A DNA stretch of 64,000 nucleotides from Phoronis australis (lineage: Eukaryota > Animalia > Phoronida): assembly GCA_002633005.1 (NCBI GenBank), contig NMRA01000367.1, positions 374,578 through 438,577 of the forward strand, given 5' to 3'. Below, in pieces: positions 1-12,600 of the stretch. Within the stretch, counting starts at the first letter, position 1. The number at the start of each line of letters is the position of its first letter. Under the pieces are notes generated by a model. The model was not told where the DNA came from, did not search any database, and worked only from the letters and a program-made list of their open reading frames with translations. A program made the translations under genes and the position numbers.

Positions 1-340
1 ACAAAAGGCAACCATTTCTTTGTATCTGCAAATCTGTTCCCACATTCTTTTTGCCCAAGCTCAGTAAGCTCCTTTTCCTTTTGATTTTATTTAACGTTTT
101 GTAGTTATACCATTTGTTTTCTTGATGCTGATTTCAGTTTTTTTTCTGTGAAAGTCATTCATTGTTGATAGATGTGATGATTACAAACTCTTAGGTAGCT
201 CTTGCCTAATACGGCCAATTTCAGTTTTGTAATTTGTCAATGTTGTTTTGGTTCTCAGTAGACCTCTTGTGTTGCTTGCAATGTGAGCATGTTTAATGTG
301 TTATTTGCTTTTTCTTTTCTCCTCACTCTCCTCACTCTAG

Positions 341-637
341 GGCCCACAGCTCCCCCCAGAAATGTGCAGGGATCTCCTTACAGTTCAAAAAGCATTCTGG
401 TTGAGTGGGCCCCACCCCCAGAGCGGTCTTGCAATGGAGACATTGCCAAGTATAGGATCACATTTAGCAAAGAGGAAGAGGGGGTATCGAGTAGTATTGA
501 AGTTGATGGCAACGTCCACTCCTACATTCTAACCGACCTTGAGATCTGGACTGAATACAGAATTCAAGTGGCCGCAGCCACCAATGTAGGCTACGGTCCT
601 ATGTGTGACCTGATTATTGCTCGCACTGCTGAAGACG
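341..637 (+). CDS. Lar: LAR exon, FN3 domain (GPTAPPRNV...ARTAED)
   Basis: AG at 339-340, GT at 638; phase 1-1; LEIWTEYRI resembles LAR FN4. Confidence 0.93.
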
Positions 638-3600
638 GTAGGTTGGCATGGTAATGGGTTGCTGTTAATGCCTGGTCTTGCATCACTAACCTTTGCCTGG
701 TCATCCAGCCTACTAACCCATGTGCCCTTGTTTGCTGTGTTGATTTGTGTATGTTTAGTCTTGTCTCTCTCTTCTCATCTCATGCATTCACATGTGTTCT
801 CACAGGAGGTAACTATGACAACTGTGCTTCACATTTCTGTTTTTGCCATCCATTTCCTGTAGTACAGCGTTATAATTACTTGCATTATAATTACTTGCAT
901 TATAATTACTTGCATTATAATTACTTGCCAGCATGGCCTGATCAGATGTCTTGCTACACCTGGTCACATGGCCTGCTACACAGAAATAATGTTTCATTGT
1001 GGTTCTCACAGACCAGGGCAGTCACCCAGGCAATGTGGTTAATGTCACCTGGTGGTCCTCGTATTTTCACGAGGCCAACATTAAAATCCAAAGTGAGGCT
1101 CACTGTGATAAACAAAGCAGAAGTTGACATTGTGTCCATAGTTAAACACAGAGACATAGAAAAATATGTTAGAGAACAAGTCCATGCACCAAAGAGGTGT
1201 CTGACGAAAGGGTGTAATTTTTTTTCGGAAAACTACATTCGAAACATGAAAACTAATATGACTAAGTTGCGGTGATCGTGTTAGGGATTTAGGTATATGT
1301 TGAATGTGGGGTTACATTTCTTCTTTTAAATTGTTGATAAAAGTGCTTTCTACACAAACGAGGTCATCCATTTGTATTTTTGACGAGTTGAAGATTCATT
1401 TGACTGTGGTGGCTCATCTCATTTTGATGTCATGTGCAATTCGCATCTGGTTTAATTTCTTGATCAATAATATTAATATCAAACATACTCTAGGTCTTTC
1501 TAGTGAGGTAGGGAATACAGGTACTAACAGATGATTTGTCATTGTTCTGTAAGAATGACTGATGTTATTAAAATTATTTTTATACCAGGCTAGTAATTGA
1601 AGCTAAAAATTATTTGACCATCAATTCTGCTTCAAATTCTTGGCTTTGATAAGTCTTACATCTATTGCATTTGTGTTTTTGGATTTCAAGTATCAATCTG
1701 GACCAAATTGAATTTTAAAATTAAAACACCCAGTTCACTCATCCAGTTCACTCGTCCAGTTCACTCGTCCAGTTCACTCATCCAAAGCATAACCTGAAAA
1801 AGTAACCTATCTCATTTGAGAGCTTTAATAAATTGGACAGAGCAAGCATAGTTATCATGTTCCTTCAGGACCCTCGTTCATCCGCAGGGAGAGGTGCCTG
1901 TGCCTTCTGAGAGGGGAATTTTTTGGCTGTGTGAGGAGGAAGTTCTACCTCTGGATCACCATCAGTAGCGCCCCCTGCCTTGTTGCAAGCTCTCATAGGC
2001 TCTGCCTCAAGCAGCCAAAAGTTACATTTTGTGCTCTTTTAAATTGTCATTGTCACCTGTGTGGGTTACAATTGATTCGAACTTTGAGGGGAAATTTTCA
2101 ATCATTTAAGGGTAAATTTTAGGCCCCATGAGGGTAATTTCACGTGATTTTTCAATATTTTTGAGAGGTGAATGGGGCCGACATTCAGCCCCAAAATCGA
2201 GGGATTGACTGTCCTGTCCTTTTTGGAAAGTAATGCACCATGTTTCAACCAGTAGTTGTGACAACACAGCCTGGCTGGCCGAAGATTCACTGGTTGTTGC
2301 TATTATGGTCGGCAACCGACATGCAACAAAATGTCGTCAAACTTTCAAAAACATTTATCAATTTTACCCAGAAATGTTTTTCGTTGTCACGGCGTATGGC
2401 AACCACCCAATGCTTCCGAATTTCAATGTCTTTAAAGATTGTAAAAAGGACGGCCGATTGCCATTTGAGCAACGTGGAACACAATGTCGATTAGCCATTA
2501 ACGGAGCTATCGTAGTGAGCCTCATTTTGGAACACACTTCTTGTCTGTGCTAATTTGGCACATAGACATGGGTAGCCACACAGGCCATGTAGTTAATGTC
2601 ACCTGGTGGTGCTCGCAGACATGGGCAGTAAATCATTGCAGCTGTGTAGTTACTGTTCTTGGTGGTCTTCACAGACATGGACTGCCATATGAGCTGTGTA
2701 GTTACTGTAACCCGGTGGTTTTCACAGACGTAGGCTGTCATTTGCACTGTGTATGGCTGTCATTTGCACTGTGTATGGCTGTCATTTGCACTCTGTATGG
2801 CTGTCATTTGCACTCTGTATGGCTGTCGTGTGGGCTGTGTAGCTTATGACTTGAAATGGCAGCCACTTTTGTTTGCTACNNNNNNNNNNNNNNNNNNNNN
2901 NNNNNNGCTCCCCCCTCATCCCCCCGCCATTGTGTTGTCACCTCTCCATGCACATGAACAGTGAATGTGTGCCAGCAGTATCCCTGACCATGGCCACATT
3001 TGCATTGCTTGCCTTGCATTTAGTTTACACTCATTCCTCCCGTGTTTGCTGACATACACAAACGACACACACACTTGTCGCCTGGTGCATCTCCACTCAT
3101 TATAAAGAACTTCAATTCATTTTAATCGTTAATATTAATGTGCTTTGTCATGTTTTTAATAAAACAATGGTTTCTTTCTATGGTATGAGTGTTTAACTTG
3201 TATTTGACGTCAAAGGCATGTGAAGAAGCATTTTCAAAAGGAAGTGACGTGCTTGTATAACACTTAACACTGGTTGTCCTGGCAACTGGCTAACTTGACC
3301 AACTATATGTATGGTTAACATGTCTACTTCGTCAGCAACACTGCTCTATTGTTTTAATACTATTTCCTTGAATGCTTGTTTTGCTTTGCATTACAAACAA
3401 TTGTAGAGTGTTGATAAGGGGGGAGGATTCTCTACCTTCGGAGGTTTGTTAAGACCCTCCAGGAGATAGACAAAAACATGGAGCATATTGGAAGTTGCCA
3501 TTCAGTTTGTGGTGTACAAAAGAGTCTTTAATTTGATATGTAATGAAGTCAACATAAATTTTTTGTTCAAAATGTAAAATTTTTAAGTGTGGATTACTGA

Positions 3601-6600
3601 CTCATGAGTTTAAAGAAACCTCCAACAAGTGTCTTCCGGTGATGTTCATATCATCTTGTTGGCATTATTCCAGTTCCTGGACGGCCAAGGAGAGTTGTGG
3701 TCACTGTGTTGAATTCTACAGCTGTGCGTGTACAGTGGCGCCCTCCTACCAAGAGAGACAGGAACGGAGTTATCCGTGGATACCAGGTAATTGTGGTTAC
3801 TGTGAAGTGGCAGAGGCTGAAACTGATGGAATGACCATCAACTGGTCTTGGGCTAATTGTAGGACCATTGGTACAGCCACTCATCATTTCCAGCTCAGCA
3901 GCACACTTGGTGTAATTAGCATGGAGCATAGTCTGCACTTTCAATCCTTAGAATATAAAGGTGTGACCACTCAAGTCAGCACGTATCTCATAAGCCCACC
4001 CAATGTATGACCACTCAAGCCAGTCCATATCTCATAAGCACACACAGTGTCAACTCTTCCCTTTCTTTCTGCTGACTGATCTGAACTTAACCACTAAGCT
4101 TATCAAATGTTGAGCTATGCTCATCAACCATTAATTTCGTAACCTGTTGGGCTTTGCTCATAAACCATTAATCTCGTAACCTGTTGGGCTGTGCTCATTA
4201 GCCAGTATTGTCATAAATTGTTGGCTGTGTTAATTTTGTGTTGATGTGTTTAGGTACACTTCGTACCAGTAGACATTGTGGGTGAGAGACTAGGCCTGCA
4301 ACAACAGAGAGACACAGCGGATGGTAGTAAACACTCGATGGTGGTCAATGAACTACGGCCTAACACCAGCTATAAGTTCCAAGTAGTTGCTTACACCAGG
4401 GAAGGAGATGGGGACCGCAGTGAAGAAAAAACCATAACAACAAAGGGTGCAGGTAAGTTAATTAAACTACAACTTTACCTGGTTATAACATACATCAAGG
4501 CACCTTTAATACAAAGATAGATCGTTACAAGGTATAGCATCTTAAATATCTATTCAAAGGTAGATTGTTATAACCAGAGTAAACTTGTTAATGTTAAGTA
4601 GGACCTCATTGATTGGTCTGCATATTTAGCCAAGTGTCTACTACAGTAAAACCATATGTTTCTATTTTATGCAGCTGAGAGTTTTTCATGAAAATCATAT
4701 AAGCCTTATTTTTTATTGCACCTCATGGGACATTTTAAGAACAGTTGTAAACAGAACTGAAGAACAATGCATAAAACATAGTCTAGTTTCATATGAATTC
4801 TGTCGGCCATTTCTGAGATATAATGGTCTGCAGTTAGCACAAAGTTGAACATTTTTATAGGATTCTACATAACCTTAAAGTCATTAACATCTTGAATGAC
4901 TCCATTTGTAACCTGCATTCTGAACTTTGTTCACATCCAAACTATGGCTTTGTTGTAGTGTTTTGGAAATAACTGTCTGGTGGCATAGCACACCTCCAGT
5001 TTTAACCTATTATGCAAGTTTGACCTGTTTTAATGTTCTCATTTTTTTTCCTTGTTGTGAGAAATTTTCACATAAACTTCCAAGAGACAGCAGAATTGTG
5101 CGGAATATTGCGATCGCCATGTAATCTTCGCCACTCTGTGCAGTTTTTACTTTTTTAATCAGATGACTTAGTTTGTGATTTCCTGACAGATTTTCTCACT
5201 GCAAAATAGTAATAACAAAGACTTGATCCATAACTCAAAGACTCAATACAGTCTATTTAAGCACATATAAGCACATGTGTTTATTCCTCTGACTGGGACT
5301 CATAGTCAGGATGCTGTTCATGGTAAACATAGTTGATGGTCACTTTGAGGGAAGTTATTAACATTTTAGCAATATGATCATTGTGAATGTAAACAATTGT
5401 GACTAAATGTTATTAACAATTATGGTGTATCAAAAATGCATTGGGTAAAATCAAAACTTATCATTGTTAATCTTCTATTGCAATGAGGATCAACTGTTCT
5501 TAAATAGAAAATTTTTGAAGATCGCGGGTGTTTAAGTGGAAATATTTGATGAATTTGACACAAAAAAGCAATGAACATAACTATAATGAACAGAACAATA
5601 ATGAACAGAACAATAATGAACAGTACAATAGTGAACAGAACAATAGTGAACAGAACAATAGTGAACAGAACAATAGTGAACAGAACAATAGTGAACAGAA
5701 CAATAGTGAACAGAACAATAGTGAACAGAACAATAGTGAACAGAACAATAGTGAACAGAACAATAGTGAACAGAACAATAATGAACAGAACAACAGGCAG
5801 CAAAGAAGTTGGTATGAAGTCCAGAAATATGAAGCAGAATTTGTGAGAACAGGTTTCTTTAATATAATTTTTCTTCAGTGAAATGACTCACCCTGTTCAT
5901 TTTATTCTTTCGTGGGTCTGACCTCTGACCCTGTATATTGCAGTTCACTGTTTGACCTCTGACTCTTGTATTTTGCAGTTCCTACTCCACCTCAGGGCAT
6001 GAATGTACAACTGATTGATGAGAATCCTCTCGCTGTGGAGGTAACTTGGCGCCCCCCTCGCTCCACTTCGGGAATGCTACGCTCCTATCGTGTCAAATAT
6101 GGTCGCAAAGGAAGTAACACGTTCAAGGAAGCTGTCTTGGTTGGCCCAGTCTTGACATACACTGCTACAGATCTCGGTGAGTTGATCTGGTATCATTCAT
6201 GTTCACTCAAAATCAAGCTGACATTTGATGGAATTTTATCCTCTGTTTCTTTGTCCTTGGTCAGAAACAGATGAATGTGCAAAAACAAAAAATAAGAATC
6301 TCTAAACTAGTCTGGTTAAATGCAATCACAGTACTTAGCATTTGCATTGGGAAGCATGATTCCGTACTTAGCCGACACAGTGGGAAACGTGCTTCAGTAC
6401 TTAGCAGTAACATTGGCAAGCATACTTCAGTACTTAGCAGTAACATTGGCAAGCATACTTCAGTACTTAGCAGTAACATTGGCAAGCATACTTCAGTACT
6501 TAGCAGTAACATTGGCAAGCATACTTCAGTACTTAGCAGTAACATTGGGAAGCATGCTTCAGTACTTAGCGGTAACATTGGCCAGCATACTTCAATACTT

Positions 6601-9600
6601 AACGGTAACATTGGCCAGCATACTTCAGTACTTAGCGGTAACATTGAGATGTATGTTAGCTTTGTGTGATGAGACTATTACTAAAACATCATTTTATTTG
6701 TAGGCAAAGGTGTCAACTATGAGTTCCGGGTAGCTGCTAGAAATGAGGTGGACTTTGGTGAAGAGGCTTCAGCTGAAATCAAGACACCTGATGGAGGTAG
6801 GGATGGCACCTGATGGAGGTAGGGATGGCACCTGATGGAGGTAGGGATGGCACTAATAGGCTGAACTAAATTTTTTTCATAAGACACAAATTAAGACTAA
6901 AACCAGCCTTAGCTTAGATCATAAGTGTACCAACTATGGAGGACTTGTATCAGATTTTTGGTGCAAATGTCAAAAATATACAAGCCACCACTGTAAACTG
7001 TCATGGAACAATTTTTTTCTATATTTTCACTGTAGTTTTACAATCCAATGGCAAATTACCATGGAGATAATAAAGTGTGAAATATCTGCTCGTCTGAAGT
7101 GATATATTCTACCTGTACTAGTACCTGCAATGATACTTATGCTAATGTTGTTACTGAAGGCTCCCTGATAGACATTCTTAATATTGGAGTTGACACGTTT
7201 CCATACTTGATTTTGTGAATCTGCTACAAGTGGTGAAGCCATTGTTGGTGTGGTCAGAAAAGCTGATTTAATTTCAATCTTATGTAAAACAGAAAACAAA
7301 TAATACGGTCTTTTCCGACTTGAAATCTTCCATCTTACCTTAGCCCGTATTTTGGTGATAAATTGATGATAATGAAATGGGCTCCTTGTGTCTGTGCAAG
7401 TTAGTTCAGGCAATGTAGGGTCTGTACTGCCTTGCTTCAGGTTGTCTCCTGTCTGGGCCTAGCTAAGACTAGCTGGGTCCGGGTATATAAGGGTTTGAAC
7501 TCCAGGTTTTCTCCTGTTTGGGCTAGTATGACTAGCTAGGTCCAGGGTATATAAGGGTTTGGACTGTAATCTGATTACTCCAATCTTAGTTCTGACTCAA
7601 ACTTAATCTATCACGCTGTGCAGGTTTACTCAAAGCATGTCATGTAATTGGTCAAGTTTCTAGTACAGAGAGTAAACTCCAACCCTCGGTCTAGTTAGTT
7701 CTAGGATATGCAGGGTTTTGGGTGGGATTGAGAGGTGCGTACTACCTTGACTCTGTTAATGTGGCCTTGACATTCTGGTATGGTTCAGTGTTCTAGTGGC
7801 TTAGCTTTCTGTTAGCGATCACAAGCCCGATCCATATAATGGTTCAGTGTTCTAGTGGCTTAGCTTTCTGTTAGCGATCACAAGCCCATTCCATATAATG
7901 GTTCAGTGTTCTAGTGGCTTAGCTTTCTGTTAGCGATCACAAGCCCATTCCATATAATGGTTCACTGTTCTACTGGCCTAGCTTTCTTCTAGAGATCAGA
8001 AGTCCGTTCCACATAACTGACGTTGAATTCAGTTTTGACTTGAGTCTAAGATTTCTCTCAACGTCCTAACGTTGAAACCTCCTCATCAGGCAAAAATTAG
8101 TCAAAATTGAGACAAAACTTAAAGCAAAAACTTCAGATCTCTTTCTTGAAACGAAGTTGAGACAAACTTAAGTGCTATCTTAAAATTGACTGAAATTTAA
8201 AGTTTGTCTTACCTAAGTGAGTTTTCTTGGTATGGGCCCTTGTACTCTAAGATCAGATGAGCAGACTGCAGTTTGAAGTTGCTGTTTTGTTTATTTCTGA
8301 TTACGTTTTCAAAAGTGAGATTATGTTCAATAACCAGTTTATTAGCTATGTGCTTGTTTAACTCCAGCCCTTACTGAGATCACCTTGACATTACTTCAGC
8401 ATTCTGGCCACAGTTTTTCCTAAACTTAATACATTAGTCATTAAGACTGTTTTTTGCTGTGTTTCTAAAGTTTATTTCATATTTTGTGCTGGATTAAGCT
8501 TTATATAATATTCTTGTTTAGTTCCTCAAGCTGCACCGACCAATTTCTCAACCCAGCGTGTGTCTGCCTCCAGCGTCGCACTACACTGGGATCCTCCTAT
8601 AGAGGAGTATCGCAACGGTGACATCGTTAACTATGAAATAGTCTACTTCAAACGCTCCAATGCCATTGATGAGATGAGTGAGAATACAACTTCTACCCAC
8701 CTGACAGTAAATAATCTGGAAGGCAATATGGACTATATCTTTAAGATCAAGGCGTACACGTCTAAAGGTGCAGGACCATGGAGCAGTGGCAAGCCATACA
8801 GCACACACACAATAGGTAGTTATGTGTGATAGTCATATATATATGCAGTGTTAGCCATACTGGGGTTAACTTGTGTGGCTGAACAGGATTGATAATCTAT
8901 TAGTATTGATGTTCATGCTATGAGTAAGATTCACGCTATAGACCTAGATATTGTAGACACATCCTTGTATGGGTATTGCATGTCTCATGGACATGTCCTT
9001 GTATGGGTATATCTGATGATCATTTTGCAGTTGTAGTGAATCTATCACTCTCTTGCTGTGCAGTCATTCTGCTTGTTTGTCATAACAACTCTCACCACTT
9101 TACAGTCGTAATTTGTTGCATCTCATTTTGTACCCAGTCAGCTGTACCCGTTGATCCTGTCGTCTGACTTCAGGTATTCCTAAGCCAACCAATGTGGAGG
9201 CGAAGCGTTTGTCCAGTCCATCCACGTCAGTCAGCGTCACCTGGCAGTCACCCATCTTCCCTGTACGAGGCTACTGGCTCTTCTATCATATCCGTGATGA
9301 CCCGGACCTTTCCAACTGGGAGAAAGTCGATATTCCTAACCCAGTGAACTCTTACATTCTGCGCAACTTGCAGAACTACAAGGATTACTACGTGCGCCTA
9401 CAGGCATATGGTCAAGAACAGAATCTTGGTGACCTTTCTGATGTGGCTATCACTACTGTTATACCTGGATGTAAATGTCTTTCAACTTTTTTCACTTTTT
9501 ACTTAATTATATCCTCTTTGAAGCAAAGTGAACCTATGTCTTGGTTTTAGTGTTGCCCATAAATACACGACTGCATACATACCCCTTAAAGTTTATTATT

Positions 9601-12600
9601 TCAAACCTTATTTAGTGACCTCCATTCTAGCTCATTTATCACAAAGTTAGTCTATGTCAACTAGTGAAAACATAAATGTTCTGGTTTAATCAAACCATTT
9701 TGTGCCATTTTTAAAAAATTTGTCAATCAACATTTGAACTGGACTGTTTTAGATCTGCCAACAATGGTGAGGTCCTTTGACGATGATAGAAGTGAGCGCA
9801 GTGATTCGATTGTGTTTCTGCGCTGGGATACGCCACGCAAAAGTGATCCTGACTCGTACAAGGTATATGCACTCTTGCGTGTGTTGTGTTTGAATAATAT
9901 AGTAAACTGATGTGAATGAAAGAGTTGCCATGGTGATCCGTAGCAAATTGAAGCCTCGCTGGCTGTAGTTACCACCAATTGAAGCCTCGCTGGCTGTAGT
10001 TACTACCAATTGAAGCCTCGCTGGCTGTAGTTACTACCAATTGAAGCCTCGCTGGCTGTAGTTACCACCAATTGAAGCCTCGCTGGCTGTAGTTACTACC
10101 GATTCCTTGTGAATTTATTATCTTGTTGCTGCAACCATAGTGTAAGCACAAAATATGAAGTGAGTATATTATGTTAAATTTTGAACAATGGTCTTAGGGC
10201 TGTTCCAGTAAAATCCGTGTGGGAGGGGGGGACGGCAGTAGAAATAAAAATTCATGGGTGGTGGTCTTCAGAAAAAAACTCAAATTATGGGTGGTCGTTC
10301 CTGTAAGAAGTGATGCATTAAAAATGGGTGGTATTTTTTGACCTGTTAATGTTGACAGGTTGGTTACTTCAGCGGAACACATCTCCAAAGAAATCAAAAC
10401 TCAATAAAATGCAATTGGCTAATATCCTAACTTATCCCAATACAAAAAAGCCCATATTGCCAATGAACAGAGTGCAATATGTTCACTAAGCCATTAATCA
10501 AGTCATGGGCAACTTGATTTGCGCCAACTGTTAGTCTGCAGTCCTATTGAATTGAAAAGTTATGCAACACTAAACTGGTGTTAACACATATAAGAAAATT
10601 GATGATTTTTAAATAAAAAGTATGAGGAGTAAGATAAACAAGTTCCAATATTCACTTGACATAGAAGTACAAAAGAGTTTGTGGAGACAGTTTGAGATTC
10701 ATAGATGCTTATAATTGAAAAAATTTTCATTGAAATTATAGACACATGGTGAACAGAGACACCTGGTGGCTGCCAAAAGTATTGCTCACAGGCTACTTTA
10801 GTTTTTGACAATATTGGACAAGACAACTAGTTCTTGTCTGTCAATCATCTAAGTTCTTAACAGGTCCTCCTGGAGGCAATTTGTTTGCAAGTATTGGATT
10901 TTGTATTTCAACCTATAAAAATAATTAAAAAATTATGGGTCATGGGTCGGAGAAATAAATGAAAAATATGGGCGGTGGGTACGAAATAAAAGTGCCTTCC
11001 CCCCCCTCCCATACAGATTTTGCTGGAACAATGGTCTTAGATTGCTTTAGTATCATAGTCATGCAAACTTTAGATAGGTCCATTTAAGTCTGTCCAGTAA
11101 ACAAGAAGTTGGTAGTGTTTGATGTGTAATTCTTGCTTCGCCTGTTAACAGGTTGAGTGGAAGGCTAAAAAGGAATACTTGGATGAAAATGGCCGGCTGC
11201 AGATTATTAACATTCCAAAATCAGTCAAGGTTTTAAGAGCCAAACATAAAAGTTTCCGTGTCAGGAACTTGCTTCCAAGCACCACCTATTGGTTTAACAT
11301 CACCACTACATTCGAAGATGGTGTTGTGTCTGATCCAACCTCATACTCAGTCACAACTAAAGTTGCAGGTATGTCTAATTTAGTAAAGTAGCATATAGCC
11401 AGGTGGTGCTGCAGTTGGTTGAGACTTTTGCACCAATAGTAGAGGTCTGTGCAGTCAGTTGTATGCTGCATCTATTTGGTTCATCTCTTTTTGTGGTGCA
11501 TGTTAAGAAGTAAGTGCTGGCTAATGAGATAAATTTGATTTTATTAATTTAAAAGCTATCATTTTTCTCTCAACTTTATTAGAGCATTGTATTATTGTAC
11601 TTTTATCCAACTTAAATTCAAACTTTTCTGCCTTGGTGATCATGTCTGATCTATCTTCCTTGTCTACTTGTGTTGATGACTCATCTGCCATGTTGTAACC
11701 TCTTGCAGCCCCTGAGTCCATCAAGCATCCTGTCTTCAATGGACTGGGTGATGGGAACACCATCAAGCTGCGTCTGTATAGGGCGTCTGAGAAGAATGGT
11801 GAAATAAGTCACTACTGGATAGCTGTGATACCAGATGGCGCTGTCAGCAAGCAACCATCTGAGTTTGAGTTATCTGATGTGAGTAGCCTACTGATTTGGC
11901 AATATCTCACTAGAGTGGCTGGCTGACCTTGAATGTCATTATCTCTCAAATGTTGTTGGTTGATTTGTATTATAAAGTGCACATATTTTTTCATAAATGT
12001 GGAAATAGTGAAATAATCAAAGGATGTTACTTGTAAGTAGTTGTTATATTGCAGTGATATCCTCAAGACACCGATGTCTACTTTGTCAGATATAACATGT
12101 TACATTGTTATCTGTATTGTGAAGTGGAAAACAGTGCAGTTGTGTGTGCTCTTTCTTTCAGTTCTCCAATGTTGACAGTGATGGTAAGCCGTATATTGCT
12201 GGCCAGTTTAATGGGAACCAATTGCCTGATGTGTTTGAACTGGGTGATGGTCAGATGTACAATAACTACTTGAACAAAGCACTGGACCCTCTCATGAAGT
12301 ACAAAGTGTTTGTCCGAGCCTTCTCCACTAACAATGTAAGTATTACCGTCCACCACACTCATGTTACTGCACCATTGGCCTACTTACTAACTCTACAAGA
12401 GAACATCAAAACAAGGCGTCTGTAGCCAGAAGTGCTCTCAATCACTTAAGTTGTTGTTTCTTACTGTTTGTTAGCGAAGAGAGAAAATGACTGAAATTTG
12501 CTCTAGTGAGTTGGCCAATCTACTGTTTTGTTATGACACCAATCAGCCAAACATTGTCTTCATAACATCCCTCCTGCTGTTGTATTGTGTAACCCATCCT

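Noticed and set aside
2940-2990. Second possible microexon in LAR intron
   Set aside because: No AG...GT pair giving a frame-preserving length
5420-6703. Repetitive ORFs ([20 protein letters not shown])
   Set aside because: Minisatellites with unit length divisible by 3 inside LAR introns; no splice or homology support
9137-9173. Upstream acceptor before LAR exon 9174
   Set aside because: Introduces in-frame TGA; no other support
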